A DNA stretch of 37,584 nt from sequence record SRR20825006_2362. One strand, written 5' to 3'. Each line of letters starts with the position of its first letter. Position 1 is the stretch's first letter. Below the pieces are notes generated by a model that was not told the origin of the DNA, ran no database searches, and saw only the letters and a list, made by a program, of their open reading frames with translations. Of the stretch, positions 24,668 to 35,488 are shown in pieces. The position numbers and the translations under genes are program-made.

Positions 24668-26179
24668 CTAAGCGGATGCACAAAATTTGGCGATGTAAGC
24701 CTCGTGTGCCGGTAAGCGCTTAACCGCCCCATTCATGATGGTGCGCAGGTTGGCCATGAAGTCTGTCAGCTCTTTGGAACTGATATCATCCGCCAGCGCA
24801 CAATAGCCTTTCGGCACCGCATTTTGACCAAGAAGCACATGTAGCCAAGAACCTTCGGTAAACAGCTCATCATCTTCCCTGAAGAGGAAACCATCCTCCA
24901 GGTAAAGGTCAATTTTCCGGCGCAACCTCTCAGGCAATTCCATGGCAGCGCAGTATCGCCAGAAATCACTGTCTGTTCGTTGGTTGAGGCAATAATGCAA
25001 GACGATAAAGTCTGAGATATTGTCAAACTCCGCGACCGCCTGTCGGTTATATTCCTGCACCACAGTGTCTGTAATGCCGCGAGACGGGAACATTTTTGCC
25101 AGCCGCACGATGGCCGACTGGATCAGATGAATGCTCGTGCTCTCCAGCGGCTCAAGAAAGCCGCTAGACAAGCCAACGGCCAAGCAGTTTTTCTCCCAGA
25201 ACACCTGTCTGCGACCTGTCTGGAACTTAATTGTTCGCGGCTCCGTTACAAGCTCACCATCCAGATTGCCTAGAAGGATTGATGCTGCTTCATCTTCGCT
25301 CATATAAGCGCTGGAGAAGACATGACCGTTGCCCGTACGGTGCTGGAGCGGAATACGCCACTGCCACCCGGCAGCATGGGCGATCGATTGCGTATAAGGC
25401 TGGGGCGGTGCCACGTTTTCGCTTTGCACCGCGATCGCGGTATCACACGGCAACAGGTGTCCAAGATCATAAAACTCAACCCCCAACTGCTCGCCCAACA
25501 ACAGGCTTCTAAAGCCGGTGCAGTCGACAAAGAAATCACCTTCGATAACAGCACCACTTTCGAGAGTGAGGGATGTTAGGAATCCTGTTTCACTATCCTG
25601 CCCGACGCTCGCAATCTTGCCTTCAACGCGCGTTACGCCCCTGCTCTTCGCCAGCTTCCGCAAGTATCCCGCGTAAAGCCCCGCATCAAAATGATAGGCG
25701 TGCACAAGCCCGGCGAGCGGAGAGCCCTCGATCTTATCGGTCGGCGCGAACCTGCCCGCGTTCGCCGCCAAATCATTGAAGGAATAGTCCCAAAGCCCTT
25801 CTTTCATGCCCTCATGACGCGCTCTGAAGAAATAATGGTGAAACGGAGTCATGCCGAGGTTGTGCCCGGTCATGCCAAAAGCATGCATATACTTATCGCC
25901 AAACTTGCCCCAGTTCTGGAACTGGATACCAAGCTTGAAGGTACCTTTGGTGTGTTTCAGGAAATCATTCTCTTTTATCCCAACAGCCTTATTGAAGAGT
26001 TGGATAGGCGGGATTGTGGCTTCACCAACACCGACGGTGCCAATCTGCTCAGATTCCACCAGCGTTATTTCGAGGTTCCGGCCTAGCCTTGTGGCAAGGA
26101 AGGCTGCCGCCATCCAACCCGCGGTGCCCCCGCCTGCGATGATGACCTTGCTGATGCGCTCTCTAGATGCTTGCCCCAT
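24668..26179 (-). CDS. Tryptophan-halogenase-family flavin-dependent protein
   Basis: GGGTAGW, GVGEATIP, TFKLGI, AYHFDA, GWQWRIP and FLEPLESTSI motifs. Confidence 0.9.
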   Translation of the reverse strand: MGQASRERISKVIIAGGGTAGWMAAAFLATRLGRNLEITLVESEQIGTVGVGEATIPPIQLFNKAVGIKENDFLKHTKGTFKLGIQFQNWGKFGDKYMHAFGMTGHNLGMTPFHHYFFRARHEGMKEGLWDYSFNDLAANAGRFAPTDKIEGSPLAGLVHAYHFDAGLYAGYLRKLAKSRGVTRVEGKIASVGQDSETGFLTSLTLESGAVIEGDFFVDCTGFRSLLLGEQLGVEFYDLGHLLPCDTAIAVQSENVAPPQPYTQSIAHAAGWQWRIPLQHRTGNGHVFSSAYMSEDEAASILLGNLDGELVTEPRTIKFQTGRRQVFWEKNCLAVGLSSGFLEPLESTSIHLIQSAIVRLAKMFPSRGITDTVVQEYNRQAVAEFDNISDFIVLHYCLNQRTDSDFWRYCAAMELPERLRRKIDLYLEDGFLFREDDELFTEGSWLHVLLGQNAVPKGYCALADDISSKELTDFMANLRTIMNGAVKRLPAHEAYIAKFCASA

Positions 26180-26204
26180 CTCAGTCCCTTAAGTGCTGCT
26201 CAAT

Positions 26205-26239
26205 AAAAATCCCCGCCGATGACTATACCGGCGGGGATT
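26205..26239 (-). terminator. Stem-loop between the TBDR and halogenase-like gene
   Basis: AATCCCCGCCG / CGGCGGGGATT 11-bp stem with a U-tract on the minus strand. Confidence 0.75.
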
Positions 26240-26271
26240 GGGGGTTCAAGGTTTCACAAATACGAAGCGCC

Positions 26272-29025
26272 TTACATGCGGTACTTCAAACCAAACAGGT
26301 ACGTCCGACCATAGCTTTGGAAGTCACGTACCTGACGTGGGTCACCGTTATAGTAAGACGTAAACGGCTCATTAGTCAGGTTATTGACCTGGAACAGGAC
26401 GGAGAGACCATCAATGCCAACCTCACTCAGGTCGTAACCGATCTGTGCGTCGATAATCGTCTCCGGTTTCACGTCCACAAGCGCACGCTGCAGGCTGAGC
26501 GTTGATACCTCACCGAGGAAGCTTGACCGGTGACGCAGGCTCGCCCGAGCCTGGAAGCCGTATTTCTCGTAGTAGACAGTGCTATTGATCACTGTCTTCG
26601 ACAAGCCAGGCATCTGGATCGGATCACTATCCGGCGTTTCCTTGATCGAGCTTTCGGTGAAGCTTGCAGAGAACAGGGCACCAAAACCGTCCAATGCTTC
26701 TGTCAGCATGCTGAAAGGCAGGCTTGCAGAAAATTCAACGCCGTAAAGCTTACCGCCATCAATATTGTCAGGCTGTTCGATCAAACCCGTTGTTGATACT
26801 GCGTCATCAATATTGGCCTGAGCCAGGATGTCAGAGAAGTCATACTCGGTGAATGTGGTGAACGGGAAGCTTTGCACCTTCTTGTAGAAGCCCGCAACCG
26901 ACGCATAACCACCGTCGCCAAAGTAGGTTTCAAACGCCAGGTCGAACTGCCAGGTTTTGAAAGGCTTAAGCCGCGGGTTGCCGCCTTTACCACGAACGAT
27001 CCGCGTGGTTTGGTCGTACCCGAGCTCAAAACCCGCATTCATCTGGTCCATACGGGCACGGGCAAGCACCTGCGCCACGCTAAAGCGGATTTTGTTATTG
27101 TCATCAAGGTTGTAGCTGAGGTTCATGCTTGGCAAGAAGTCCCAGTATTTGGCGCCGTCTGTTACGTCAATAAGCTGAACGGTATTCACGCCATCAACCA
27201 CTACAACACGTACCGCCGCCCCCGTTGAGCTTTGGTCGGTATGCACGGCCTGCACACCCACGTTACCTGTCAGCTGACGTTCACCGATCATCGTGTCAAT
27301 GTTGGCCTGTACGTAGCCATTGAAGACTTTCTCTTCAACAAGCCAACTGTTGGTGGAGCGAGACAGTTCGCTTTCCGACGCATCCGTCAGGACATAAGCA
27401 CCAGATTCGAACAGTGCGCGCGCGTCATAAGACAACACATTGCCCATGCCGATGAACTCAAGCGATGTCGGATCAAGAAGATATTGCGACGGTACTGGCA
27501 CGTCAGCCGGATAGTCCTTCAGCGTTAGGAAATATCCTTTGTCTTCAAGGCTCTTGGTGCGTTTGGCATAACGCACACCATACTCAATGGAGCTCAGGAA
27601 GTCGTTCTGCACCGTTTGTTCAGCGCTCAAGCGGATAGCATACAGCTCGTCATCCGCTTCAGGCGCGTTGATAAACCCGTCCTGCGCGTTATCCGCTGGA
27701 TAAGCACCAGCGTTGACGAGGCCGCCGCCCCAGCTCAGCGGGCCGCCAAGCTGCATAAGCGATGGATCAGCGTAATTCAGGCCATGCGTAAAGATAGCAG
27801 CACCGTCTGGCGTGATGCTGAAGCCTATATCATCGGTTGCGCCAACACCTGAGCCACGGCCCGTACCGGCGTAGGTTTCCGTGTTGCGTTCAACCCGGTC
27901 AACTTTGGAGTAGCTGACATCAGCCTCAAGAAGCCAGCCATCGTTCATCTGGTATTCGGTGTTCCAGCCGAGCGCGATGGTTTCTGCCTCACGGTCAACA
28001 AAGTCATTTCTGACAACCGCTTCAACACCATTGAACTGACCTTCTGTGATCAGGCCGTCAGCTTCCGTCCAGCCGTCCTGTAATTGTGCACCAGACCATG
28101 AAAGTGGAATCTCAATGCCGCGCAGGGTCTGCTCATCATCAAACTTGGAGTAATAAGCATCAATTGTTGTGCGGAACGCACTGTCATGCGGTGCGTATTC
28201 AATCACACCCAGAAGCCCGTCGCGTGTCAGTTCATTAGACTTCACGTATGGTTTGGCGCCACCAATCACCAGGTTGCCGTCCGCATTGCCGTTATCGCTT
28301 GGGAAACCCCAAGCGTTCCAGCGTTCTTCCTGTGTTGGGGAGAGCATGCGGGCATACCCGAACGCAACACCAATCGTATCGTCCGCGAACTGGTCAACAT
28401 AGGATACGCTGGCCCGGTAACCCCACGCCGAAGTGCCTGAGTTGAGCGCACCCAGATCAGCATATTCACCACGCACGTTCACCACGAGCGCCTGCTGACC
28501 ATAGGCAAGCGGGCGAATGGTCTGCATATCAACGGTGCCGCCAACAGCCTGTGACGTCAGGCTGGCATCAGGGGTTTTGTAGATCACAACGCCATTGATC
28601 AGCTCAGATGGATACTGATCATATTCCACGGCGCGGTTATTGTTTGCAGAAACCTGTTCGCGCCCATTGAGTGTGGTTGTTGTGAAATCAGGCGCGAGAC
28701 CACGGATCGAGATCACGTTCGCCCGGCCATCGAGCCGCTGAGCAGCAAGGCCCGGCAAACGCGCGATCGATTCTGCGATCGAAGCATCAGGCAATTTACC
28801 CAGATCTTCTGCAGAGATCGCTTCAACGATTGACGAGCTCTCACGCTTGCGTGCGATGGAACTCATGATACTGGCACGAATGCCGGTTACGGTGATTTCT
28901 TCAAGCTCAGCAACTTCTGAATCTTGATTGTCTGTATCCTGTGCAAACGCAGGCGCTGCTGCGAGTGCGATGGCTGATAGAGACGCAAATGATAAAAGTG
29001 TAGACCTAGTCCTTGAGGTGCGCAT
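26272..29025 (-). CDS. TonB-dependent receptor, probably for maltose/maltodextrins (MalA-like by context)
   Basis: Signal peptide, TonB box LEEITVTGIR, plug AEDLGKLPD..IAESIARLPG, C-terminal NNLTNE...GRTYLFGLKYRM; sits in an alpha-glucan locus. Confidence 0.9.
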   Translation of the reverse strand: MRTSRTRSTLLSFASLSAIALAAAPAFAQDTDNQDSEVAELEEITVTGIRASIMSSIARKRESSSIVEAISAEDLGKLPDASIAESIARLPGLAAQRLDGRANVISIRGLAPDFTTTTLNGREQVSANNNRAVEYDQYPSELINGVVIYKTPDASLTSQAVGGTVDMQTIRPLAYGQQALVVNVRGEYADLGALNSGTSAWGYRASVSYVDQFADDTIGVAFGYARMLSPTQEERWNAWGFPSDNGNADGNLVIGGAKPYVKSNELTRDGLLGVIEYAPHDSAFRTTIDAYYSKFDDEQTLRGIEIPLSWSGAQLQDGWTEADGLITEGQFNGVEAVVRNDFVDREAETIALGWNTEYQMNDGWLLEADVSYSKVDRVERNTETYAGTGRGSGVGATDDIGFSITPDGAAIFTHGLNYADPSLMQLGGPLSWGGGLVNAGAYPADNAQDGFINAPEADDELYAIRLSAEQTVQNDFLSSIEYGVRYAKRTKSLEDKGYFLTLKDYPADVPVPSQYLLDPTSLEFIGMGNVLSYDARALFESGAYVLTDASESELSRSTNSWLVEEKVFNGYVQANIDTMIGERQLTGNVGVQAVHTDQSSTGAAVRVVVVDGVNTVQLIDVTDGAKYWDFLPSMNLSYNLDDNNKIRFSVAQVLARARMDQMNAGFELGYDQTTRIVRGKGGNPRLKPFKTWQFDLAFETYFGDGGYASVAGFYKKVQSFPFTTFTEYDFSDILAQANIDDAVSTTGLIEQPDNIDGGKLYGVEFSASLPFSMLTEALDGFGALFSASFTESSIKETPDSDPIQMPGLSKTVINSTVYYEKYGFQARASLRHRSSFLGEVSTLSLQRALVDVKPETIIDAQIGYDLSEVGIDGLSVLFQVNNLTNEPFTSYYNGDPRQVRDFQSYGRTYLFGLKYRM

Positions 29026-29153
29026 GCAACCTTCCCCTTCCGCTCTTAACGTTTCCTGGGTCACCTGGCTCTTCCCCTAAGCTAAAGTGCCATCATGAAC
29101 CTACGCACCCCCTTCCACCGGAGCGCTTTGGCATTCCCTTTTTTCAAAATGCG

Positions 29154-29361
29154 TTCATATTTTTGCAAAAATCAAGCATTTTTTTCATTTTTTTGTTAAA
29201 CATTGCAATCAATGAAAATACCGTGCCTTTCCTGCAACAATCCTTATTATAGCGCTGTATTTTTAACATCTTGACAATATTTGGCTTCTATTTTCTCTCA
29301 CGCAGAAGCACCAAATGCGTGGCATTGAAAAATATTTTCATTTTTTTTTGCATTTTTTGCA
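29154..29361. promoter_or_regulatory. Divergent promoter region with several T[G/T]CA-N5/6-T[G/T][C/A]A candidate LacI operators
   Basis: TTCATATTTTTGCA (29154), TGCAATCAATGAA (29204), TGAAAAATATTTTCA (29326), TGCATTTTTTGCA (29349); similar site upstream of the lacI gene. Confidence 0.45.
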
Positions 29362-29443
29362 AAAACTGGTAAGACGGAAATTGCCGAGGGGAAACGGCAA
29401 TCGGAAGTTAAGGTTATATATCGTTTGGGAAGAGGGTTATTGC

Positions 29444-30967
29444 ATGACCAACAAACCGCATCTGGGGTTTTGGCAAATCTGGAACATGTGCTTTGGTTTC
29501 ATGGGCATACAGTTCGGCTTTGCGCTGCAGAATGCCAATGTCAGCCGCATTTTCCAGACGCTTGGAGCCAGCTTCGATGACATTCCGATTCTCTGGGTCG
29601 CTGCCCCCCTTACTGGCCTGATCGTTCAGCCCATCATCGGTTACATGAGTGACCGCACCTGGACACGCCTTGGCCGCCGCAGGCCATACTTCCTTTGGGG
29701 TGCTCTGCTCGCGACCGCCTCCCTGATCATCATGCCAAACTCGCCTGCACTGTGGATTGCAGCAGGAATGCTCTGGATCATGGATGCGTCTATCAACGTA
29801 ACGATGGAGCCCTTTCGTGCCTTCGTAGGGGACAACCTGCCGGAAGACCAGCGCACCACAGGGTTTGCACTGCAAAGCTTTTTCATTGGTGTCGGGTCGG
29901 TCGTGGCATCAGCCCTCCCCTATATGATGAGCAACTGGTTTGGCGTCAGCAATATTGCGCCAGAAGGCGTCATCCCGGATTCGGTAAAGTGGTCCTTTTA
30001 TATCGGTGGTGGCGCGCTGCTGCTTGCCGTTTTGTGGACCATCCTCAAAAGCAAGGAATATAGCCCCGAAGAACTGGAAGCCTTCGCGAAAGCCGAAGAA
30101 GCCCTTGCGTCAGTATCTGCAGCACCCCTGGGTCGGGAAACCGGCGAGCGTACTGCAACACAGTACCTGAAGGCATCGGTTCTCTGGTTATTAGTGGGCG
30201 CTATTGGCATTTGGCTTGTCGCGTCACAGGGGCTCGACAAGCAGCTTTATATTCTTGTTGGCGGGATCGCTACCTTTGGTGTGCTGCAAATAGCCACGGG
30301 CCTCCTGAAACAGCAAAACCATGCCCGTAACGGTTTCTGTGAGGTGGTGGACGACATCTTCCTCATGCCTCGCGTCATGAAACAACTGGCAGCCGTGCAG
30401 TTCTTCTCCTGGTTCGCCTTGTTCGCGATGTGGACAAGCGCCACACCCGCCGTCACGGCCTATCACTTCGGTGCGACAAACACCGCGTCGACAGCCTTTA
30501 ATGAAGGCGCGGACTGGGTTGGTGTGCTTTTCGCAGCCTATAATGTTTTTGCGGCTCTTGCAGCCCTCATGATCCCCAAACTTGCAGACGTATTTGGGCG
30601 CCGGATGACCCATCTCATCAACCTCTGCCTTGGCGGCTTGGGTCTCGTGTCCATGTTCTTCATCAATGATCCAGACTGGCTTCTCGTCTCCATGGTCGGG
30701 GTGGGGATCGCATGGGCGTCCATCCTGTCTGTGCCCTACTCGCTGCTTTCCAGCGCCGTGCCATTTGCAAAAATGGGCGTCTATATGGGCATATTCAATT
30801 TCTTCATCGTTATCCCGCAACTTCTCGCGGCCAGTGTATTGAGCCTGATTGTACGAACCTTTTTTGAGGGTGAGCCGATCTTCGCACTCGTTATTGGCGG
30901 CATCTCCATGATCATCGGTGGCTTTGCCACTCTCATTGTTGGCAAAGGTGAAACAAGCAATGCGTAA
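29444..30967 (+). CDS. Sugar (maltose-type) MFS transporter, SLC45/GPH-like
   Basis: WQIWNMCFGFMGIQFGFALQ, SDRTWTRLGRRRPY and GVYMGIFNFFIVIPQ motifs; ATG 29444. Confidence 0.9.
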   Translation: MTNKPHLGFWQIWNMCFGFMGIQFGFALQNANVSRIFQTLGASFDDIPILWVAAPLTGLIVQPIIGYMSDRTWTRLGRRRPYFLWGALLATASLIIMPNSPALWIAAGMLWIMDASINVTMEPFRAFVGDNLPEDQRTTGFALQSFFIGVGSVVASALPYMMSNWFGVSNIAPEGVIPDSVKWSFYIGGGALLLAVLWTILKSKEYSPEELEAFAKAEEALASVSAAPLGRETGERTATQYLKASVLWLLVGAIGIWLVASQGLDKQLYILVGGIATFGVLQIATGLLKQQNHARNGFCEVVDDIFLMPRVMKQLAAVQFFSWFALFAMWTSATPAVTAYHFGATNTASTAFNEGADWVGVLFAAYNVFAALAALMIPKLADVFGRRMTHLINLCLGGLGLVSMFFINDPDWLLVSMVGVGIAWASILSVPYSLLSSAVPFAKMGVYMGIFNFFIVIPQLLAASVLSLIVRTFFEGEPIFALVIGGISMIIGGFATLIVGKGETSNA

Positions 30968-32831
30968 ATCTTCAATTGGCAACAGGTTGCTCGCGGCGAC
31001 CGCAATCATTGGCTGCCTCACCGGCGCCGTTTTTGCGGAACCCGCGACGCCACGCCCCGAGGCGCTCAAACCCTATACCGAACGCCCCATCACAGATGAC
31101 ATCATGTACTTTGTGATGCCCGACCGCTTCGCGAATGGCGATGAAAGCAATGACCGGGGCGGTATGGAAGGCAGCGCCATCGATCACGGTTTTGACCCCA
31201 GCCACAAAGGCTTCTATCACGGTGGCGACCTGAAGGGATTGACCGAAAAGCTGGATTATCTTGCGGATATGGGGGTCAGCGCCATCTGGCTGACGCCCAT
31301 CTTCAAAAACAAACCCACGCAGGGTAACGTTGAAAATGTAACCGCTGGCTATCATGGGTATTGGATCACAGATTTCACGCAGATCGACCCACACCTTGGT
31401 ACCAATGATGACCTTAAGGCGTTTGTGGCTGCCGCGCACGCACGCAACATGAAGGTGATTTTTGATATCATCACCAATCACACAGCGGACGTGATCAAGT
31501 ATCAGGAATGCCTGCCCGAAGGTGAGCTAAAAGCCGATGGCAACGTGCCTTTGTGCGACTACCGCAGTAAAGCCGACTATCCATATACCACTATCGGCAA
31601 GGCAGATGGGGCACCCATCAATGACGGCTTTATGGGCGATGAGCCTGCTCAGCAGACTACGGAAAATTTTGCAAAGCTGACGAACCAGAATTTTGCCTAT
31701 ACACCCTACATTCCTGAAGGCGAGCAGAACGTAAAAGTCCCGTCATGGCTTAACGATATTCGCTATTACCACAATCGCGGAGACAGTGAATGGAAGGGCG
31801 AAAGCTCGCTGTACGGTGACTTTTCCGGCCTTGATGACCTGTTCACTGAACATCCGGATGTGACCCAAGGCTTTATAGACATCTATAAATTCTGGATCAG
31901 CGAGTTTAAAATTGATGGCTTCCGTATCGACACGGTCCGTCACGTAAACGATAGCTTCTGGCAAACTTTCGCTCCTGCGATTGTTGATCACGCAAAAGCA
32001 GAAGGTATCAGTCAGTTTTACGTCTTCGGTGAGGTTTATGACGGCAACCCGGAACATCTGAGCCACTTCACCCGCGTCGCCAAGCTACCGGCTGTGCTGG
32101 ATTTTGGTTTCCAATGGCAGGCTCGTCAAGTTATCGCCGATGGCAAAGCCCCGGCTTTATTGAAAGAATTTTACGCTCAAGACCATCTTTACGACACGGC
32201 CTGGAGCAGTGCATCCATTCTGCCCACGTTCCTGGGCAACCACGACATGGGCCGTATTGGACGCTTTATTGTAACGGCAGATAACACCAACCCGGCAGAA
32301 GCACTTGATCGCAGCAAATTGGCCCACGCCCTCATGTACCTGACCCGCGGCGTCCCTGTTGTCTATTACGGCGACGAACAAGGCTTCACGGGTGACGGCC
32401 ATGACCAGGATGCACGTGAGGATATGTTCCCGAGCAAGGTCGCTGTTTACAACGACAATCAGGCCATTGGTTCTACAGTGACGCCAGAGGCAGATAACTT
32501 TGACCCCAGCCACCCGCTCTATACGTCGCTTACCGAATTAGCTTCGTTCAGGATGAAACACGGGGCCGTACGCGGCGGTGAGCAAAAGGTTTTGTTTGCG
32601 GATGACAAGCCCGGGATTTTTGCCATTGAACGCTCAAGCGGAAGCGAGGCCTTGGTGATTGCCTTCAACACGTCGTCCTCCAAAGCGAAAGCCAAAATCG
32701 AAATAGCCGCACCTTTATGCTGGGTTGGGGGCGCAAAAGCCTCACTTTCAACCAACGGCACAACAACAACTGTGTCCATGCCGCCTCTGAGCTGGTCCGC
32801 ACACAGCCTGAATGGTTGCACAAATGAGTAA
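30960..32831 (+). CDS. Secreted GH13 alpha-amylase-family enzyme
   Basis: Signal peptide; YFVMPDRFANGD, YHGYW, DIITNH, GFRIDTVRHV, GEVY and NHD motifs. Confidence 0.92.
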   Translation: MRKSSIGNRLLAATAIIGCLTGAVFAEPATPRPEALKPYTERPITDDIMYFVMPDRFANGDESNDRGGMEGSAIDHGFDPSHKGFYHGGDLKGLTEKLDYLADMGVSAIWLTPIFKNKPTQGNVENVTAGYHGYWITDFTQIDPHLGTNDDLKAFVAAAHARNMKVIFDIITNHTADVIKYQECLPEGELKADGNVPLCDYRSKADYPYTTIGKADGAPINDGFMGDEPAQQTTENFAKLTNQNFAYTPYIPEGEQNVKVPSWLNDIRYYHNRGDSEWKGESSLYGDFSGLDDLFTEHPDVTQGFIDIYKFWISEFKIDGFRIDTVRHVNDSFWQTFAPAIVDHAKAEGISQFYVFGEVYDGNPEHLSHFTRVAKLPAVLDFGFQWQARQVIADGKAPALLKEFYAQDHLYDTAWSSASILPTFLGNHDMGRIGRFIVTADNTNPAEALDRSKLAHALMYLTRGVPVVYYGDEQGFTGDGHDQDAREDMFPSKVAVYNDNQAIGSTVTPEADNFDPSHPLYTSLTELASFRMKHGAVRGGEQKVLFADDKPGIFAIERSSGSEALVIAFNTSSSKAKAKIEIAAPLCWVGGAKASLSTNGTTTTVSMPPLSWSAHSLNGCTNE

Positions 32832-34425
32832 TGATGGAGTTTCAAGCGTGACCAATTGGTGGCAAGGCGCCGTAATTTACCAGATCTATCCCCGCAGCTT
32901 TTGCGACAGCAATGGCGACGGCGTAGGCGACCTTAACGGCATAACCTCAAAACTGGATTATGTGGCAAGCCTTGGCGTTGACGGCATCTGGGTGTCGCCC
33001 TTTTTCAAATCACCCATGCATGACTTTGGCTATGACGTGGCTGACTTCCGCGATGTGGACCCAGTATTTGGCACACTCGATGACTTTGACCGTCTGCTCG
33101 AGAAAGCCCATTCACTGGGTCTCAAGGTGGTGATCGACCAAGTCTATTCCCACGCGTCAAAGGACTGCGAATGGTTTCAGGAAAGCAAAAAAGGCAAAAA
33201 CAACGATAAAGCCGACTGGTTTGTCTGGGCAGATGCAAAACCCGATGGCAGCCCGCCAAACAACTGGCAATCAGTTTTTGCAGGCCCCGCCTGGACGTGG
33301 AGCGCTGCCCGGAAACAGTATTATTTCCATAACTTCCTTTCCGAACAACCGGACCTGAACCTCCATAACCCGGACGTGCAGGAGGAACTCCTGTCTGTCG
33401 CGCGTTTCTGGCTCGACCGCGGGGTCGACGGCTTCAGACTTGATGCCACCAATTTCTATATGCATGACCCGAATCTGGAGGATAACCCACCGTACAAAAA
33501 CGGTAACGCCGTGCGCCCCTTCGACATGCAGGACCAGATCTATAACCAGTCGCACCCAGATATAGAAAAGTTCCTCGCGAGGTTGCGTAAGCTGATGGAC
33601 AGCTACGGCACCAAATTTACCGTCGCGGAGGTTGGCGGCAGGCGCTCGCTTGAGGAAATGGCCGCCTATACCAAGGGCGATAGCCTCCTTCACACAGCAT
33701 ACAGCTTTATTTTTCTGGAAGGGGAAGAACTTACTGTTCCCGGCATACGGGGTGCGATTGAAGATTGGGACAGCGCAGCAGATAGCTGGCCTTCCTGGAC
33801 TTTCTCAAACCACGACCGCAAGCGCGTGGTTTCACGCTGGCGCAAATCACGCCCCGCAGACGCCTTTGCAAAGGCGATGAACGCCCTTCTGCTGTCCCTT
33901 AAAGGCACGATCTTTGTCTATCAGGGGGAAGAGCTTGGCTTGCCACAAGCCAATGTGCCTTTTGAGCGTCTGGTCGACCCGGAAGCGATCAAAAACTGGC
34001 CTGAAACCCTAGGCCGGGACGGGTGCCGGACCCCCATGCCATGGTCGTGTGAAGGTACAGGTGGTGGCTGGCCCACTGAAACCTGGCTACCCTTTGATGC
34101 GGCGCACTTTTCGCTCGCTGTTAACCGGCAGGAGGAAGACCCTTCTTCGTCGCTTGCCTTTACTCGGGAATTACTAAGGCTCAGGAAAGAGCACCCGGCC
34201 CTTATAACCGGCGAGATTGCTTTCCTTGACGTGCCTGAGCCTGTGCTCGCTTTCACCCGTATCCTGAACGAGGAAACACTGCTTTGTGTCTTCAACCTGG
34301 GTGAAGAAGGGACACCTTGGACCTGCCCCATGGCTACAGATAAGCTTTTGCTGGGTATTGGCGGTGTTGAATGTGCAGACCAAGCCAGCCTACCGGTGTG
34401 TGGCGGTTTTATCGCATCAATCTAG
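32824..34425 (+). CDS. GH13 alpha-glucosidase
   Basis: WWQGAVIYQIYPRSF, DFGYDV, GFRLDA, VAEV, SNHD, YQGEELG and RDGCRTPMPW motifs. Confidence 0.92.
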   Translation: MSNDGVSSVTNWWQGAVIYQIYPRSFCDSNGDGVGDLNGITSKLDYVASLGVDGIWVSPFFKSPMHDFGYDVADFRDVDPVFGTLDDFDRLLEKAHSLGLKVVIDQVYSHASKDCEWFQESKKGKNNDKADWFVWADAKPDGSPPNNWQSVFAGPAWTWSAARKQYYFHNFLSEQPDLNLHNPDVQEELLSVARFWLDRGVDGFRLDATNFYMHDPNLEDNPPYKNGNAVRPFDMQDQIYNQSHPDIEKFLARLRKLMDSYGTKFTVAEVGGRRSLEEMAAYTKGDSLLHTAYSFIFLEGEELTVPGIRGAIEDWDSAADSWPSWTFSNHDRKRVVSRWRKSRPADAFAKAMNALLLSLKGTIFVYQGEELGLPQANVPFERLVDPEAIKNWPETLGRDGCRTPMPWSCEGTGGGWPTETWLPFDAAHFSLAVNRQEEDPSSSLAFTRELLRLRKEHPALITGEIAFLDVPEPVLAFTRILNEETLLCVFNLGEEGTPWTCPMATDKLLLGIGGVECADQASLPVCGGFIASI

Positions 34426-34450
34426 GCTAAGCGAATATGGTCTTGCGGTA

Positions 34451-35476
34451 CTATGAGCCGCAAGACTCCCTGATGATCAAATCCGTCGGCAGGTTCGAGG
34501 ACTGTACGGTCTGCCCTTCAAGCATGCGCAAGAGTTTGCTTACAAGCAGACGGCCTGCTTTAGTGACATCCTGGCGGATCGTGCTGAGCGCGGGGCTTGA
34601 ATATGCCGCAACCAGCACATCATCATAACCAATCACGGAAACATCCTGCGGGATACGCAAGCCCGCGCGTGCGATGCCCCGCATGGCACCAATAGCAATC
34701 ATATCACTTGCAGCAACCACACCGTCAAACTTGATGCCCTGCTCGATGAGTACATCTATCGCCTCCATGCCAGACTCCGGGTAGAAATGCGCGGGCCTGA
34801 CCAGCTCTTCCTTATAGGCAATGCCGTTCAGTTCCAGCGCTTCCCGGTATCCTGCCAAGCGCAGTTGCACCTCGGGCCCTTCCGCGTCCCCCACAAACAC
34901 AATGCGTTTGCAGCCCATACGAATAAGATGGTTGGTCGCGCGGCGCCCGCCCTGCTGGTTATCACTCCCAACAGAACAATACTGCTGTTCAGGCAGTTGC
35001 GCACCCCAGGCCACAAAGGGCACTTTCTTTTGTGCAAGTTGGTTCAGTTGCGCATGCAAGGTGCTTTGGCCAATTACCACAAGGCCATCACAGCGCCCGC
35101 TGGCTACCAGATTGGCCGCGCTTTGGTAATCCGTCATCGTCAGGTGAGAGATCAGCATATCGCAGTTGCGCTCCTTGAGCGCGTCACCGATGCCGCCAAT
35201 CAGATCAAGGGTAAAAGGGTCGGAAAGTCGTGTATCGCGCCCTTGCGGCGGCGGTATGATGATCGAGATGGTTTTGTCGGCCTCGTCCGCATAGACCTTG
35301 TCCTTCAGACGCCCGGAATAGTTATTATTGTGCGCGAGCGACATGATGCGCTTTTTCGTTCGATCCGACACCAGCGGGCTGTCATTCAAAGCCCGCGAAA
35401 CGGTGGAGATCGAAACATTGGCCAGTAGCGCTAAGTCCTCAAGTCGTCTCAGGTTTTTCTTCTCAGATTCGTCCAT
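34451..35476 (-). CDS. LacI-family repressor of the alpha-glucan locus (MalI/MalR-like)
   Basis: LEDLALLANVSISTVSRALND HTH; sugar-binding domain (SDMIAIGA, PQDVSVIGYDD, LSTIRQD, LIIRES). Confidence 0.92.
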   Translation of the reverse strand: MDESEKKNLRRLEDLALLANVSISTVSRALNDSPLVSDRTKKRIMSLAHNNNYSGRLKDKVYADEADKTISIIIPPPQGRDTRLSDPFTLDLIGGIGDALKERNCDMLISHLTMTDYQSAANLVASGRCDGLVVIGQSTLHAQLNQLAQKKVPFVAWGAQLPEQQYCSVGSDNQQGGRRATNHLIRMGCKRIVFVGDAEGPEVQLRLAGYREALELNGIAYKEELVRPAHFYPESGMEAIDVLIEQGIKFDGVVAASDMIAIGAMRGIARAGLRIPQDVSVIGYDDVLVAAYSSPALSTIRQDVTKAGRLLVSKLLRMLEGQTVQSSNLPTDLIIRESCGS

Positions 35477-35488
35477 GGATCACATTCT

